A stretch of DNA of 64,000 bases from an uncultured Clostridia bacterium. Its GTDB lineage: Bacteria > Acidobacteriota > Blastocatellia > UBA7656. A model generated the notes under the pieces. That model had not been told where the DNA came from. It ran no database searches and saw only the letters and a program-made list of their open reading frames with translations. Of this stretch, positions 1-9,600 are shown one piece after another (within the stretch, counting starts at the first letter, position 1; each line of letters opens with the position of its first letter). The DNA is taken from the NCBI GenBank assembly GCA_964615905.1, contig CAZTUB010000005.1:56123-120122 (forward strand), read 5' to 3'. The translations under genes were made by a program, and so were the position numbers.

Positions 1-1132
1 CTTGATTGAAGACGTAGTAGCTTTTGTCCTGCGGCGCAAGCTCGGGGTTTAGGGTCGCGTCGGAAGCGCTCTTTTCCGGCTTCTGATGCTTTATGCCGGG
101 GTCGACTATCGTGACGACTTTCACCCCCTTCCGCTCAAGCCTTTCGGTGAAAGCGCGCGGGTCCGGGAATCGCGAGGTGTTCCAGGTAAAGACGCGGTAC
201 TCGTTCATGTAGTCTATGTCGAGATGGAGCACGTCGAGCGGCAGGTCGTCTTTTCTGTACCGGTCGACGACCGCCTCCGCGACTGCTTGCGGGTAGTAGC
301 CCCAGCGGCTCTGTTGATTGCCGAGCGCCCACTTTGGCGGCATAGGCATGTGGCCCGTAAGCTCCGAGTAGCGGCCGATGATCTTCTTCATCGAAGGCCC
401 CCAGAAGAAGTAATAGTTCATCTCGCCGCCGTCCGCGGAAAACGCCATGTGCTCTTGCGACGACCGGCCCAGATCGAAATGGGTTCGGTAGCTATTATCG
501 AAAAAGATGCCGTAGCATTCGCCCCGCTCCCAGCCGATATAGAAAGGTATCGACTGGTAGATGGGGTCGGTCCCTTCCGTGTAGCCTGGCGTGTCCGAGT
601 TCCACATGGTGAAGTGACCGCGCCGCTTGTCGAGTCGCGCGGCCTTTTCGCCCAGGCCGTAGAAGTGCTCGTCGAACCCGAAGCGTTTGGCCGAGGCGAC
701 GGTCGTTCCCTTGGGGTCGAACATCATCGGGCGCGCGTCCGCATTTATCACCCTGCGCGTGCGCGCGTCTCGAAACTCGATCAAAAGCGGCGCGCGGCGC
801 ACTGCTACTTCAAGCTCGCCTGTAGAGATGATAATAAACGCCTCTTCCTCTCGGACCTGCCACGGCACGCTGTCCCAGGTGGTTCGAGCTATGGCCCACG
901 AGTGGTCGCGCTCCGGGAGCGGCTTCTTAAACGACGCTCGAACGCGCACAAGGTCGGGCGCGAGCACTGTTATTCGTACCTGCGAGTTGTCCCGGCAGTT
1001 GAGCGTGATCGCCGACTGGCTGCGAGTGTAACCGGAGACGCTGCCTATCGAATCGAGCCCGCCAAGGTCGATTGCCCCCGCGCTCAAGCAGAGCAAGAGG
1101 ATAAATGAAAACGAGGCGATGATTTTCTTCAT
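1..1132 (-). CDS. Glycoside hydrolase family 31 alpha-glucosidase (N-terminal ~377 aa; gene continues beyond window start)
   Basis: Minus-strand translation from the ATG at 1132 gives a signal peptide (MKKIIASFSFILLLCLSAGA) followed by GH31-typical motifs (KWALGNQQSRWGY, DVLHLDIDYM). The plus-strand ORF 86..1108 in the track is Arg-rich antisense. Confidence 0.8.
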   Translation of the reverse strand, partial: MKKIIASFSFILLLCLSAGAIDLGGLDSIGSVSGYTRSQSAITLNCRDNSQVRITVLAPDLVRVRASFKKPLPERDHSWAIARTTWDSVPWQVREEEAFIIISTGELEVAVRRAPLLIEFRDARTRRVINADARPMMFDPKGTTVASAKRFGFDEHFYGLGEKAARLDKRRGHFTMWNSDTPGYTEGTDPIYQSIPFYIGWERGECYGIFFDNSYRTHFDLGRSSQEHMAFSADGGEMNYYFFWGPSMKKIIGRYSELTGHMPMPPKWALGNQQSRWGYYPQAVAEAVVDRYRKDDLPLDVLHLDIDYMNEYRVFTWNTSRFPDPRAFTERLERKGVKVVTIVDPGIKHQKPEKSASDATLNPELAPQDKSYYVFNQ

Positions 1133-1204
1133 GTTCGATTTCCTGTCCGACGCTGGTTTGAAAAATGCAGTCTGTCATGCTCTCGCGAATTTGTGGAGTC
1201 GGTT

Positions 1205-1237
1205 TTGAAATCGGCACGCTGCTTGACTTGAAATCGG
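1205..1237. promoter_or_regulatory. Direct repeats TTGAAATCGG (1205-1214 and 1228-1237) in the divergent GH31/ROK intergenic region; candidate operator overlapping a TTGACT/TATAAA promoter-like pair
   Basis: Two exact 10-mers spaced 23 bp apart start-to-start, with a third similar TTGAAAAAT at ~1158. They are adjacent to TTGACT (1224-1229) and TATAAA (1244-1249), upstream of the ROK regulator gene. Confidence 0.3.
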
Positions 1238-1315
1238 TTTTTTTATAAAAGGGTGGTCTGGCTCCTCGCTAACAAGGTTGATCTTGCAGCTTAAAACTCG
1301 GAGTTCGGTCGGCCA

Positions 1316-2557
1316 ATGTCTGAGACCCATACGAAACATTTCCGCACAGCCAAATCAGAAACGATTCGCAGCATAAACTCAACCCTGATACTAAACGTCA
1401 TACGCAACAACCAGCCGATTTCCAGGGCCGAAGTCGCGCGCCGCACCGGGTTACAGCGCAGCACGATCTCGGAGATTTTCAGCGACCTGCTGAAAAAAGA
1501 GCTGCTGGTCGAGATAGGCGAAGGTATGTCGTCGGGCGGGCGCAAGCCTACGATGATGCGGCTGAACGCCGAGCGATTCTGCGTCTTCGGCATATCGATT
1601 GGCGTGCAGGACATTGACCTGGCCATGAGCGACTTGAACGGCCACATAATCTACAAAGAGGCCTTCCCGGTTCGCGAGACGCCCGAAGAGTTGTTCAAGG
1701 TGGTCGCTGAGAAGATCAACAGGATCATACACGCGCGCCGCTCCGAGCGGCTGCACTATGAAGGGATAGGCGTCAGCGTGCGCGGAATGGTCGATTACTC
1801 GACGGGAGAGATATTGTTTGCGCCCAATATGGGCTGGCGGCACGTCCGCGTGGAGGACTACTTGAAGGTAGGCGTGCCTGTGCCGATCTACGTCGATAAC
1901 GACGCGAACGCGGCGGCGCTTGCCGAAGCCTGGTACGACCCGAACGATGAGTCATCGCCCAACCTTGTGCTCGTGCTGGTAACGGACGGCGTTGGCGTCG
2001 GCATGGTGATAGACGGCGAAATCTACAGGGGCGCGAACGGGACAGCGGGCGAGTTCGGTCATATGGTCATCGTAGCGGGCGGCGAGAAATGCCGTTGCGG
2101 AAATTCCGGTTGCTGGGAGGTCTACGCTTCCGACGACGCGACGCTTGCGCGCTATGTCGCGCCCGGCTCAAAGGGCGAGGGTCGCGCGGGCTTACACGCC
2201 GCGCCGGGTCGCGCTTTCAGCATCACCGTCCCAGAGTTGATAGCGCAAGCGCGCAACGGAGACGCGAGCGCCCGCCATACACTCACCGAAGCCGCGCGGT
2301 ACATCGGCATAGGGATCGGCAACATCTTATCCGGCCTCAACCCTTACGAGCTGGTCATAAGCGGCCAGATTATAGAGGGCTGGGAATTGATCGAGCCTAC
2401 TATGAAAGCGGCCATCGCTCGCAGCCCGCAGCACGACCTGACACGCACAACCGTCCGCCGCTCTAACCTCGGAAGCGACGGCGCGCTGATGGGAGCGGTA
2501 GCACTGGCAATCTCGCGCCGGTTCTCCTTCAAGCGCGTGGGCCACGCCGTAGCGTAG
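1316..2557 (+). CDS. ROK family transcriptional regulator (NagC/Mlc-like: N-terminal wHTH plus ROK sugar-kinase-like domain with a Cys zinc motif)
   Basis: N-terminal HTH (ISRAEVARRTGLQRSTISEIFSDLL). ROK glycine-rich motifs (DNDANAAALAE, GVGVGMVIDGE). Zinc motif CRCGNSGCWE. ATG at 1316. Confidence 0.85.
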   Translation: MSETHTKHFRTAKSETIRSINSTLILNVIRNNQPISRAEVARRTGLQRSTISEIFSDLLKKELLVEIGEGMSSGGRKPTMMRLNAERFCVFGISIGVQDIDLAMSDLNGHIIYKEAFPVRETPEELFKVVAEKINRIIHARRSERLHYEGIGVSVRGMVDYSTGEILFAPNMGWRHVRVEDYLKVGVPVPIYVDNDANAAALAEAWYDPNDESSPNLVLVLVTDGVGVGMVIDGEIYRGANGTAGEFGHMVIVAGGEKCRCGNSGCWEVYASDDATLARYVAPGSKGEGRAGLHAAPGRAFSITVPELIAQARNGDASARHTLTEAARYIGIGIGNILSGLNPYELVISGQIIEGWELIEPTMKAAIARSPQHDLTRTTVRRSNLGSDGALMGAVALAISRRFSFKRVGHAVA

Positions 2558-2561
2558 AAAA

Positions 2562-2661
2562 GGCGTAAACCGTGAACCGTAAACCGTGACAAGTCAGAGG
2601 TGAGTAGCAAGCTGCGCATCCCGCCTCATCTTGTCACGGTTTACGGTTCACGGTTTACGCC
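2562..2661. repeat. Long hairpin element, copy A: perfect 32-bp inverted arms made of tandem heptamers (GGCGTAAACCGTGAACCGTAAACCGTGACAAG / reverse complement) around a 36-nt loop, between convergent genes
   Basis: Left arm 2562-2593 and right arm 2630-2661 are exact reverse complements. Further partial heptads (CGGTTCACGCC) follow at 2664-2675. Confidence 0.85.
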
Positions 2662-2676
2662 TTCCGGTTCACGCCT

Positions 2677-4515
2677 TCATTTTGCGCCTTTGCCAGCCGT
2701 GAGCGTGACCGCGCGGTCTACGCCCGACACGCTGAATGTTTCGACCGCGCCGCCCGGCCAGCGGACTTCGAGCTTGTCTATCTTTGTCGCGGCTCCGAGC
2801 CCGAAGTGGAGCCGCGTGTCGTTTTGCGAAGAGTAGCTCGCCCCGCTTATGACGTCCATGCGCTGGCGGAGCTTGCCCGTGGTCACAAAGACGGTCGCGC
2901 CCGTGGCGTCTTTCGGGTCTTTCTTCGACACGTCGCCGATGAGTCGCACCGATAGCCAGTGACCCGGCTGCTTTGTCGCGTTGCGCAGGACGGTGGGCGG
3001 CGAGTCTATGTTGTTAAATACAACGTCCGGTCTGCCGTCTCCGTCGATGTCGCCTACGGCAAGCCCCCGCGCCTGGATCGCAATCGCGAGGCCGCTTGAA
3101 GGTGCGGCCGCGACGCGCTCGAACTTCCCGGTGGAGAGGTTTCTGAACAAGACCGGCTGCTGCGCGTAGCTCGTCCCCCACTGCTGCTGATCGACTCCGG
3201 GATAGACGTGGCCGTTGGCTATCAAAACGTCTTTCCACCCGTCGTTGTCATAGTCGATAAAGCTCGTTCCCCAGCCGAGGAAAGGGTATGTCGCCTCGCC
3301 GTGCCCCGCTTGAAAGGTCACGTCGACAAAGTTGCCGTCGCCGTCGTTTTGATAAAGAGTGTTTGAATCGTCAGAGAAATTTGTGACATAAAAATCGACG
3401 CGCCCGTCGTTGTCATAATCGCCTACGGCTAAACCCATGCCCGCCTGCTCGCGCCCGTTTTCATTCAATGCAAGACCTGACGGGTAGCCTAGCTCTTCAA
3501 ACGTGCCGTCGCCTTTGTTTATGTAAAGCTGCTTCGGGGTCGAGTCGTTCACGACGACTATGTCGAGCAGGTCGTCATCGTTTGCGCGGACAAAAGCCGA
3601 TGCGAAGCCGTAGTATTTCTGCGGGTCTGTGACTCCCGCCTTCTGGCTCACGTCTTCAAAGGTGCCGTCGGCGCGCTGGCGATAAAGCGTGTCGCCTTCG
3701 CCTTTCAAACCGCGCGGCCCGCATAAGACGGGGATGCCTCGGAACTGGCAGAAGTTCATCCCTATCCCGCCTTGCCGCGCCGCCTCGGAGGGGTTGGGCG
3801 GGAGGTTGTCTATATCGAATTCGATGTAGCCGGGCACGAAAAGATCGAGTCGCCCGTCGCTGTCATAATCGCCAAAGCTCGCGCCTGTTGACCACCCCTT
3901 TCGCGCAACTCCAAGCTTTTCGGCCACGTCCGTAAAAGTGCCGTTGCCGTTGTTACGGTAAAGACGCGACACGCCGAAGTTGCCTATGAAGAGGTCTGCG
4001 TTCCCATCATTATCATAATCGCCGACGGCCACGCCCATGCCCCATCGCTCGTTGGCTACACCGGCTTTGTCGGTCACCTCTTCAAACTGCCAGTTGCCCA
4101 GATTGCGATAGAGCGCGGCGCGCGGAGCCTTCTCTTTGCCCCGAAGCGCGCCTATCGTCGAGCCGTTTAGAAGGTAGATGTCGGGCCGCCCGTCGTTATC
4201 ATAATCGAACAGGGCAACGCCGCTGCCGGGCGCTTCGAGTATGTAGTCTTTTGCCGCGCCGCCCGACTTGTGCACAAAGCGAGCCATAGGAGTCCGCGCG
4301 GTAACGTCTTCAAAGACCAGCGGGGCGCGGGGGTCTGTGATGCCGACCGTTCGGCGCGAGGTGTATGCTCGCGCCGCGCCCGTCGATACACCGCCCTGGC
4401 TCTCCTGCGCGGGCTGCTTTTGCTGCGCGGGTTGCCTTTGCTCTTGCGCCATCAGCAGGGCAGGCGCGAGCGCGAGCGCCAGACCTGCCGCAAATTTTAG
4501 AGAGTAACGGTTCAT
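2677..4515 (-). CDS. Secreted FG-GAP repeat / ASPIC-UnbV (CRTAC1-like) protein
   Basis: Signal peptide from the ATG at 4515 (MNRYSLKFAAGLALALAPALLMA). Repeated DYDNDG-type FG-GAP/VCBS calcium-binding motifs. C-terminal ASPIC/UnbV-like region (ASYSSQNDTRLHFGLG). Confidence 0.8.
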   Translation of the reverse strand: MNRYSLKFAAGLALALAPALLMAQEQRQPAQQKQPAQESQGGVSTGAARAYTSRRTVGITDPRAPLVFEDVTARTPMARFVHKSGGAAKDYILEAPGSGVALFDYDNDGRPDIYLLNGSTIGALRGKEKAPRAALYRNLGNWQFEEVTDKAGVANERWGMGVAVGDYDNDGNADLFIGNFGVSRLYRNNGNGTFTDVAEKLGVARKGWSTGASFGDYDSDGRLDLFVPGYIEFDIDNLPPNPSEAARQGGIGMNFCQFRGIPVLCGPRGLKGEGDTLYRQRADGTFEDVSQKAGVTDPQKYYGFASAFVRANDDDLLDIVVVNDSTPKQLYINKGDGTFEELGYPSGLALNENGREQAGMGLAVGDYDNDGRVDFYVTNFSDDSNTLYQNDGDGNFVDVTFQAGHGEATYPFLGWGTSFIDYDNDGWKDVLIANGHVYPGVDQQQWGTSYAQQPVLFRNLSTGKFERVAAAPSSGLAIAIQARGLAVGDIDGDGRPDVVFNNIDSPPTVLRNATKQPGHWLSVRLIGDVSKKDPKDATGATVFVTTGKLRQRMDVISGASYSSQNDTRLHFGLGAATKIDKLEVRWPGGAVETFSVSGVDRAVTLTAGKGAK

Positions 4516-4533
4516 GTGAGTTTGCTTTCCCAC

Positions 4534-6336
4534 TCAGTCCTGTTCCTTGATCGTATGATACCTGTCGATCTGTAGACCGGTGATTGTTTGGGCTGCGCGA
4601 CCGGGCCATTTGATCTCGATTGAGCGAACCGATCTGGCCGCGCCAAGGCCGACAACGAGCCGCGAGTCGTTGGACGAAAGATAGCTGGCAGCGCTGTTGA
4701 CATCAAAAACTTGCTTGCGACCGGTCTGGTCTATCACAGTGACGCGCGCGCCCAGACCGGCGCGATTCGATTTTGTGCCCGTAAGCTGAAGCCCTATCCA
4801 ATGGTTCTTCGTCCCGTTGTTGCGAAGCACAAGCGGTCTGCCGTCCGTCACGCCGATCACTATGTCTATGTCTCCGTCGTTATCGAGATCGCCCGTGGCC
4901 GCGCCGCGCGCCGATATGGGCGCGACGAAAGCCTGACCTGACGCGGCCGAGACGTTTAAGAACGACTTGCCGTTGTTTAACATCAAAAGCGGGGGCTGCT
5001 TGTGTCTCAGGTAGCTCGACGTCTTCTCGATAGTGTCGAGCACGTGTCCTTGAGCTACGAAGATGTCGCGCCAGCCGTCGTTGTCAATATCGACGAACCG
5101 CATCCCCCAGCCTGAGTACAGGAGCGTAATCTGGCCGACCCCGCTGGTGTTCGTGGTATAGGTAAACGTATTGTCGCTGTTGTTGCGAAAGAGCGGGTAA
5201 GTCTCGTTTGAAAGCGCCGTGATAAAGATGTCCGGGTGGCCGTCGTTATCGTAATCGCCTGCGTCTATGCCCATGCCTGCGAAGGTCTTTCCGTTTTCGT
5301 CATAGCCGACGCCCGAGGGCAAGGCTATGTCTTCAAAGGTGCCGTTGCCAAGGTTATGATAAAGCGACTGGCGAACGCTGTCGTTTGCGACAACGACATC
5401 GGTCCAGCCGTCCGAGTCGAAATCGGCGAAGGCTACGCCCAGAGCTTTGCCCTCGGCGTCTGCGATCTTGGCCGCCGCGCTCACGTCTTCAAAGGTGCCG
5501 TCGGCGCGCTGGCGATAAAGCACGTTCGACGCGCCTTTGAAATTGTCCGGGTGGCAGTATGCGCGAAACCCCGGCCGGTTGTCGCCGCAGTAGATCGAGC
5601 CTCGCTCGAAATCCCAATCGATGTAACGCGCCACGAAAAGATCGAGCCGCCCGTCACGGTTGTAATCGAACCACCCGGCGCTCGTGGCCCACCCGGCAGG
5701 GGCGAGCCCAGCCGACTTTGTCACGTCCGTGAAAGTGCCGTTGCCGTTGTTGCGATAAAGCGCCTGCGAGTTGTAGCCCGTGACGAAAAGATCGACCCGC
5801 CCGTCGTTATCGTAATCCCCGGCAGCCGCGCCCATGCTATAGCCTTCGCCGCCGAGCCCTGCGCGCTCCGTCACGTCCGTGAAAGTGCCGTCGGCTTTCT
5901 GGTGAAAAAGCCTGTTCCAGTATTTCGCCTCGCGTTTGTCAGGCGACTGGCCGCGAGGCATGGGGTCGTTGAGCCGCGCGCCGTTTGTGAAGAAGATGTC
6001 GAGCCTGCCGTCGTTATCATAATCAAGAAGGGCGACGCCCGCGCCCATCGTTTCCGGCAGGTATTTTTGCGAAGTGGGCGACGCTTCGTGCTTGAAGTCG
6101 ATGCCCGATTGCTGTGTTATATCGGTAAAGGTTACGGGCGAAGGGTGGTCGGGCGCGCTCGAAGGGGCTTTCTTTAACGGCTCGCCGCTTGAATAAGACC
6201 GCCCCGTGCGCGGCTCGCTCTGCGAAGGCTTTTGAGCGGGCGAAGCGGGCGGCTGACCCTGCTGCGCCTGGCCTGGAAGGGCTGCCGCAGACCACAGCAA
6301 TACGAGTAAATATGCGTGCCGTGCGAGATTCTTCAT
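4534..6336 (-). CDS. Secreted FG-GAP repeat / ASPIC-UnbV protein (paralog of 2677..4515)
   Basis: Signal peptide from the internal ATG at 6336 (MKNLARHAYLLVLLWSAAALPGQA). Many DYDNDG/DFDSDG repeats. C-terminal SYLSSNDSRLVVGLG. The upstream in-frame extension to 6504 is unlikely to be coding. Confidence 0.8.
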   Translation of the reverse strand: MKNLARHAYLLVLLWSAAALPGQAQQGQPPASPAQKPSQSEPRTGRSYSSGEPLKKAPSSAPDHPSPVTFTDITQQSGIDFKHEASPTSQKYLPETMGAGVALLDYDNDGRLDIFFTNGARLNDPMPRGQSPDKREAKYWNRLFHQKADGTFTDVTERAGLGGEGYSMGAAAGDYDNDGRVDLFVTGYNSQALYRNNGNGTFTDVTKSAGLAPAGWATSAGWFDYNRDGRLDLFVARYIDWDFERGSIYCGDNRPGFRAYCHPDNFKGASNVLYRQRADGTFEDVSAAAKIADAEGKALGVAFADFDSDGWTDVVVANDSVRQSLYHNLGNGTFEDIALPSGVGYDENGKTFAGMGIDAGDYDNDGHPDIFITALSNETYPLFRNNSDNTFTYTTNTSGVGQITLLYSGWGMRFVDIDNDGWRDIFVAQGHVLDTIEKTSSYLRHKQPPLLMLNNGKSFLNVSAASGQAFVAPISARGAATGDLDNDGDIDIVIGVTDGRPLVLRNNGTKNHWIGLQLTGTKSNRAGLGARVTVIDQTGRKQVFDVNSAASYLSSNDSRLVVGLGAARSVRSIEIKWPGRAAQTITGLQIDRYHTIKEQD

Positions 6337-6443
6337 GATTTTATATTTGATTGCCTGACCCATTCTTATGCAGTTTGACTCCCGTATGCAAGCCGGGCGC
6401 GCGACCGGCCTCAAATCCGGCTTAAAGGATTTATCGAAAGGAT

Positions 6444-6475
6444 TTGACACAGGGCGCGTATATATATTAGACTGC
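6444..6475 (+). promoter_or_regulatory. Candidate sigma70-like promoter (TTGACA ... TAGACT) in the 315-bp divergent region upstream of the TonB-dependent receptor gene
   Basis: TTGACA at 6444-6449 followed by an AT-rich TATATATATTAGACT stretch. The spacer is ambiguous (14-18 nt). Confidence 0.3.
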
Positions 6476-6650
6476 CGCCGAATTGACTTTGCTCGTATAG
6501 ACAACTAAGCTGCAAAAAAAACCGGGGATAAAGAGTTGGAGCAAGGTTGTAACGCTCCCTCGCATCGGCAAACGAAGTTAACTTCCAAGCTCACAAGACG
6601 GGATAGAGAGAAAACGGCTTTTTGGATCGACTCACAGGTGAGGCTCAGAT

Positions 6651-9600
6651 ATGACGAACCACTGTAAGACCCCAATGCTTAAGGCATGGGCCAGCGTTGC
6701 ATTACTGCTCGTCGTCTTCGTGCTTCCGTCCACCGCTCAAACTACAAAAGGCACCATCGTAGGGACAGTCACAGACGCAAGCGGCGCTGTGGTTGCGGGG
6801 GCGACCGTTACGGTGAAGAACGTAAACACCGGAGCGACGCGCGACGTTACGACGAGCGATGACGGCACATACACAGTGCCGTTGCTCGACATAGGCTATT
6901 ACACGGTGACGGCCGCTGCTCCTGGTTTCCAGACCGTCACGCGCGAAAACATAAAACTCGACATAGCAGACCGTCTCCCTGTCGATATTGAGCTGTCGGC
7001 TTCGGGCTCTGCCGAGGCGGTGACGGTGACTGCCGAAGCGCCGATAATTCAAAGCGAATCGAGCGAGCGCGGCAGCGTCATCTCCGGCCGCGAGGTGACG
7101 GAGCTTCCGCTCAACGGTCGAAACTTCACGCAACTGGCCACACTAACGCCGGGCGTCTCTCGCGTGACGATAGGCACGCTGTCGGACGCTCGCGCGAACA
7201 ACAACGGCGACCCGAACGCGGGCGGCCAGGGTCCGGGCGGCGGCGACTCTAGAGGCTCGACCGAATCGGCCCGCTTTGCCCGTTCGGGCGGCGCGGTGCT
7301 TTCGGCCAACGGCCAGCGCCCGACCAATAACAACTTCTCTGTTGATGGCGTTGACAACAACGAGCCTCAATTCGGCACCATCGGCGTATTCGTTAACCCC
7401 GATGCCATCGCCGAATTCAAGGTCACAACCAGCATACCGCCTGCCGAAATCGGGCGTGCCGCGGGCGCGGTCGTCAACACCTCTTTCAAGTCGGGGACCA
7501 ACGAGTTCCACGGCTCGCTCTACTATTTCGGGCAGAACTCTGCGCTGAATGCTTATCACCCGATCCTTTTGCGCAACCGCAACGATGCGATAATTCGCGG
7601 CGACCTTGTGCTCCCGGTGAAGGCCACGCAGCAGACGCACGAGTTCGGCGGGACGATTGGCGGCCCGATCATAAAGGACCGGACCTTCTTCTTCTTCGAT
7701 TACCTGGGCGGTCGCAATAACCTGCCGACCCCGCTTGGATCGACGGTGCCTTCGGCGGCGGTCCGCATGGGCGACTTCTCCGAATACACGAATGCGGTCC
7801 TCGACCCTCGCACGGGTCAGCCTTTCCCCGGAAACCAGATTCCCGAAAACAGACTGAGCCCGGCTGCGCGCAGGTTCTTCGACCTGTTCCCGCTGCCGAC
7901 GGTTGCGAGAAACAACCCCGGCCAGTTTGACAACAACTTTTTCGCGACCCGCGAGGTGCGCGAAGTCATAGACAACTTTGACATCAAGATCGACCATCGT
8001 TTGACGGCGAACAACGCGTTGTCGGGTCGCTACAGCTACCAGGACAACTCAAACGTTCGGGGCTCGTTCTTCGAGCAGGTCCCGGCCGGGTTCGGCGCAG
8101 GCAATGAAGTCGGCAACACCCGTCAGATCGTTATCACCGACACGCATTCGTTCAGCCCGACCGTACTAAACGACTTCCGCTTCGGGTTTACCAAGATCGA
8201 CATCGGTATTCTCAACTGCGGCGTCGGCGGCGCGTGCGGGATCAGCGAATCGTTCTCGGCTGACCTCGGCATCCCCAATGCCAACGACGGGTCGTTCGAG
8301 CAGTCGGGCTCGATACTCGTCGGCGGGTTCGGCAACGGGTTTGTCGAGTTCGCAGGCGACGGCGGTCCGTTCATCGTAAACAGCAAGAACCCGTATTTCG
8401 CAGACACGTTGACCGTCATCAAGGGCAGCCATACGTGGAAGATAGGCGGCGAAGTTCGCCTCCGCTATCTTGAGACGATTGACGGCGGTCGCACGGGCGG
8501 GTTGAAAGGCAACCTCTCTTACGCAGACAACGGCCCGGCGACGGGCGCGAACCCGAACTGCCCGCCCGGATCGGGCACTCCTGCCGCGTGTTTCGTCGAT
8601 GCCAACGGCATAGCGTTTGGCGGGTCGGGCAACGCGCTGGCGAACATTCTGCTCGCAGACGTCGCCGCGCTCCAGACCTTCCGTGGCAGCGTGCCCGGCG
8701 GCGCGTTCAACCTGCGCTCGCAAGAGTGGGGCCTGTTTATTCAGGACGACTGGAAGGTCTCTGACAGGCTGACGCTCAACCTCGGCCTGCGGTACGACCT
8801 CTTCCCGTCATCGACAGAGGCCGATGGCCGCCTGGGCAACTTCAGCATAGACGAGCGCCGCGTCATCCTTGCCGACGGCAGCGGCGACCGTTTGATTGAG
8901 ACGGACAAGAACAACTTCGGCCCGCGCATAGGCTTTGCTTACGCCGTAGGCCCTGAGAAGAAGATGGTCGTGCGCGGCGGGTACGGTCTGCTCTACACGC
9001 TCGACGCGACCGACCGGCCGCCGCTTGTCCAGAATCCGCCGTTTACAAACAGCGTAGGGTTCAACAACGCGTTTGACGCTTCGACGCCGCGCAGCGTCTT
9101 CAACCTCGACACGGGGCCGCCGGACGTTCCTGTTGTCGATCCCAACAACATCCCTGTGGCAGTCCGCGTCTTTTACGCCGACCCCGAACAGATCATCGCA
9201 TCGGTTCACCAGTTCAACCTCGGTATCCAGTATCAGTTCGCAAACGACTGGGCGTTCGATATCGGGTACGTGGGCAACCGGTCCAAGCACCTGCTTGCGA
9301 CACGCGACATAGGCGGCGGCGGCACCGCGCAAGCGCGCAACGCCGCGGGGCAGTTCATCGCCGCGTCCGCTTACGAGAACCGCGCTTCGGCTCAGTACGA
9401 CTCGTTGCAGATGCAGTTGCAGAAGCGCCTGTCGCACTACGTTCAGGGTCAGATCTCTTATACCTGGAGCCACAACATAGACGACTCGACAGGTGTGTTC
9501 CAGGGCATAGGCGAGGGCCGCGGGTCTGTGGGCGGGCCGCAAGACCCGTTCTGCCTGAGGTGCGAGCGAGGCAACTCTGCGCTCGATGTTCGTCACCTGA

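Noticed and set aside
86-1108. 340-aa plus-strand ORF
   Set aside because: Arg/Ala-rich with no motifs. It lies antisense to a convincing GH31 gene on the minus strand. Typical high-GC antisense ORF.
2562-2661. Possibility that the tandem heptamer arms are a CRISPR array or simple microsatellite
   Set aside because: Units are 7 nt with no spacers. They form two exactly complementary arms around a loop, so the structure is a hairpin element, not a CRISPR array.
5236-6177. 313-aa plus-strand ORF inside the FG-GAP gene
   Set aside because: Antisense to a CDS with strong repeated FG-GAP motifs. Low-complexity V/A/R composition.
6337-6650. Possible riboswitch or leader in the long region upstream of the TonB-dependent receptor gene
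   Set aside because: No recognisable riboswitch consensus. Only a promoter-like TTGACA and AT-rich tract could be supported.
7143-7997. 284-aa minus-strand ORF
   Set aside because: Antisense within the TonB-dependent receptor gene. Arg-rich with no recognisable domain.
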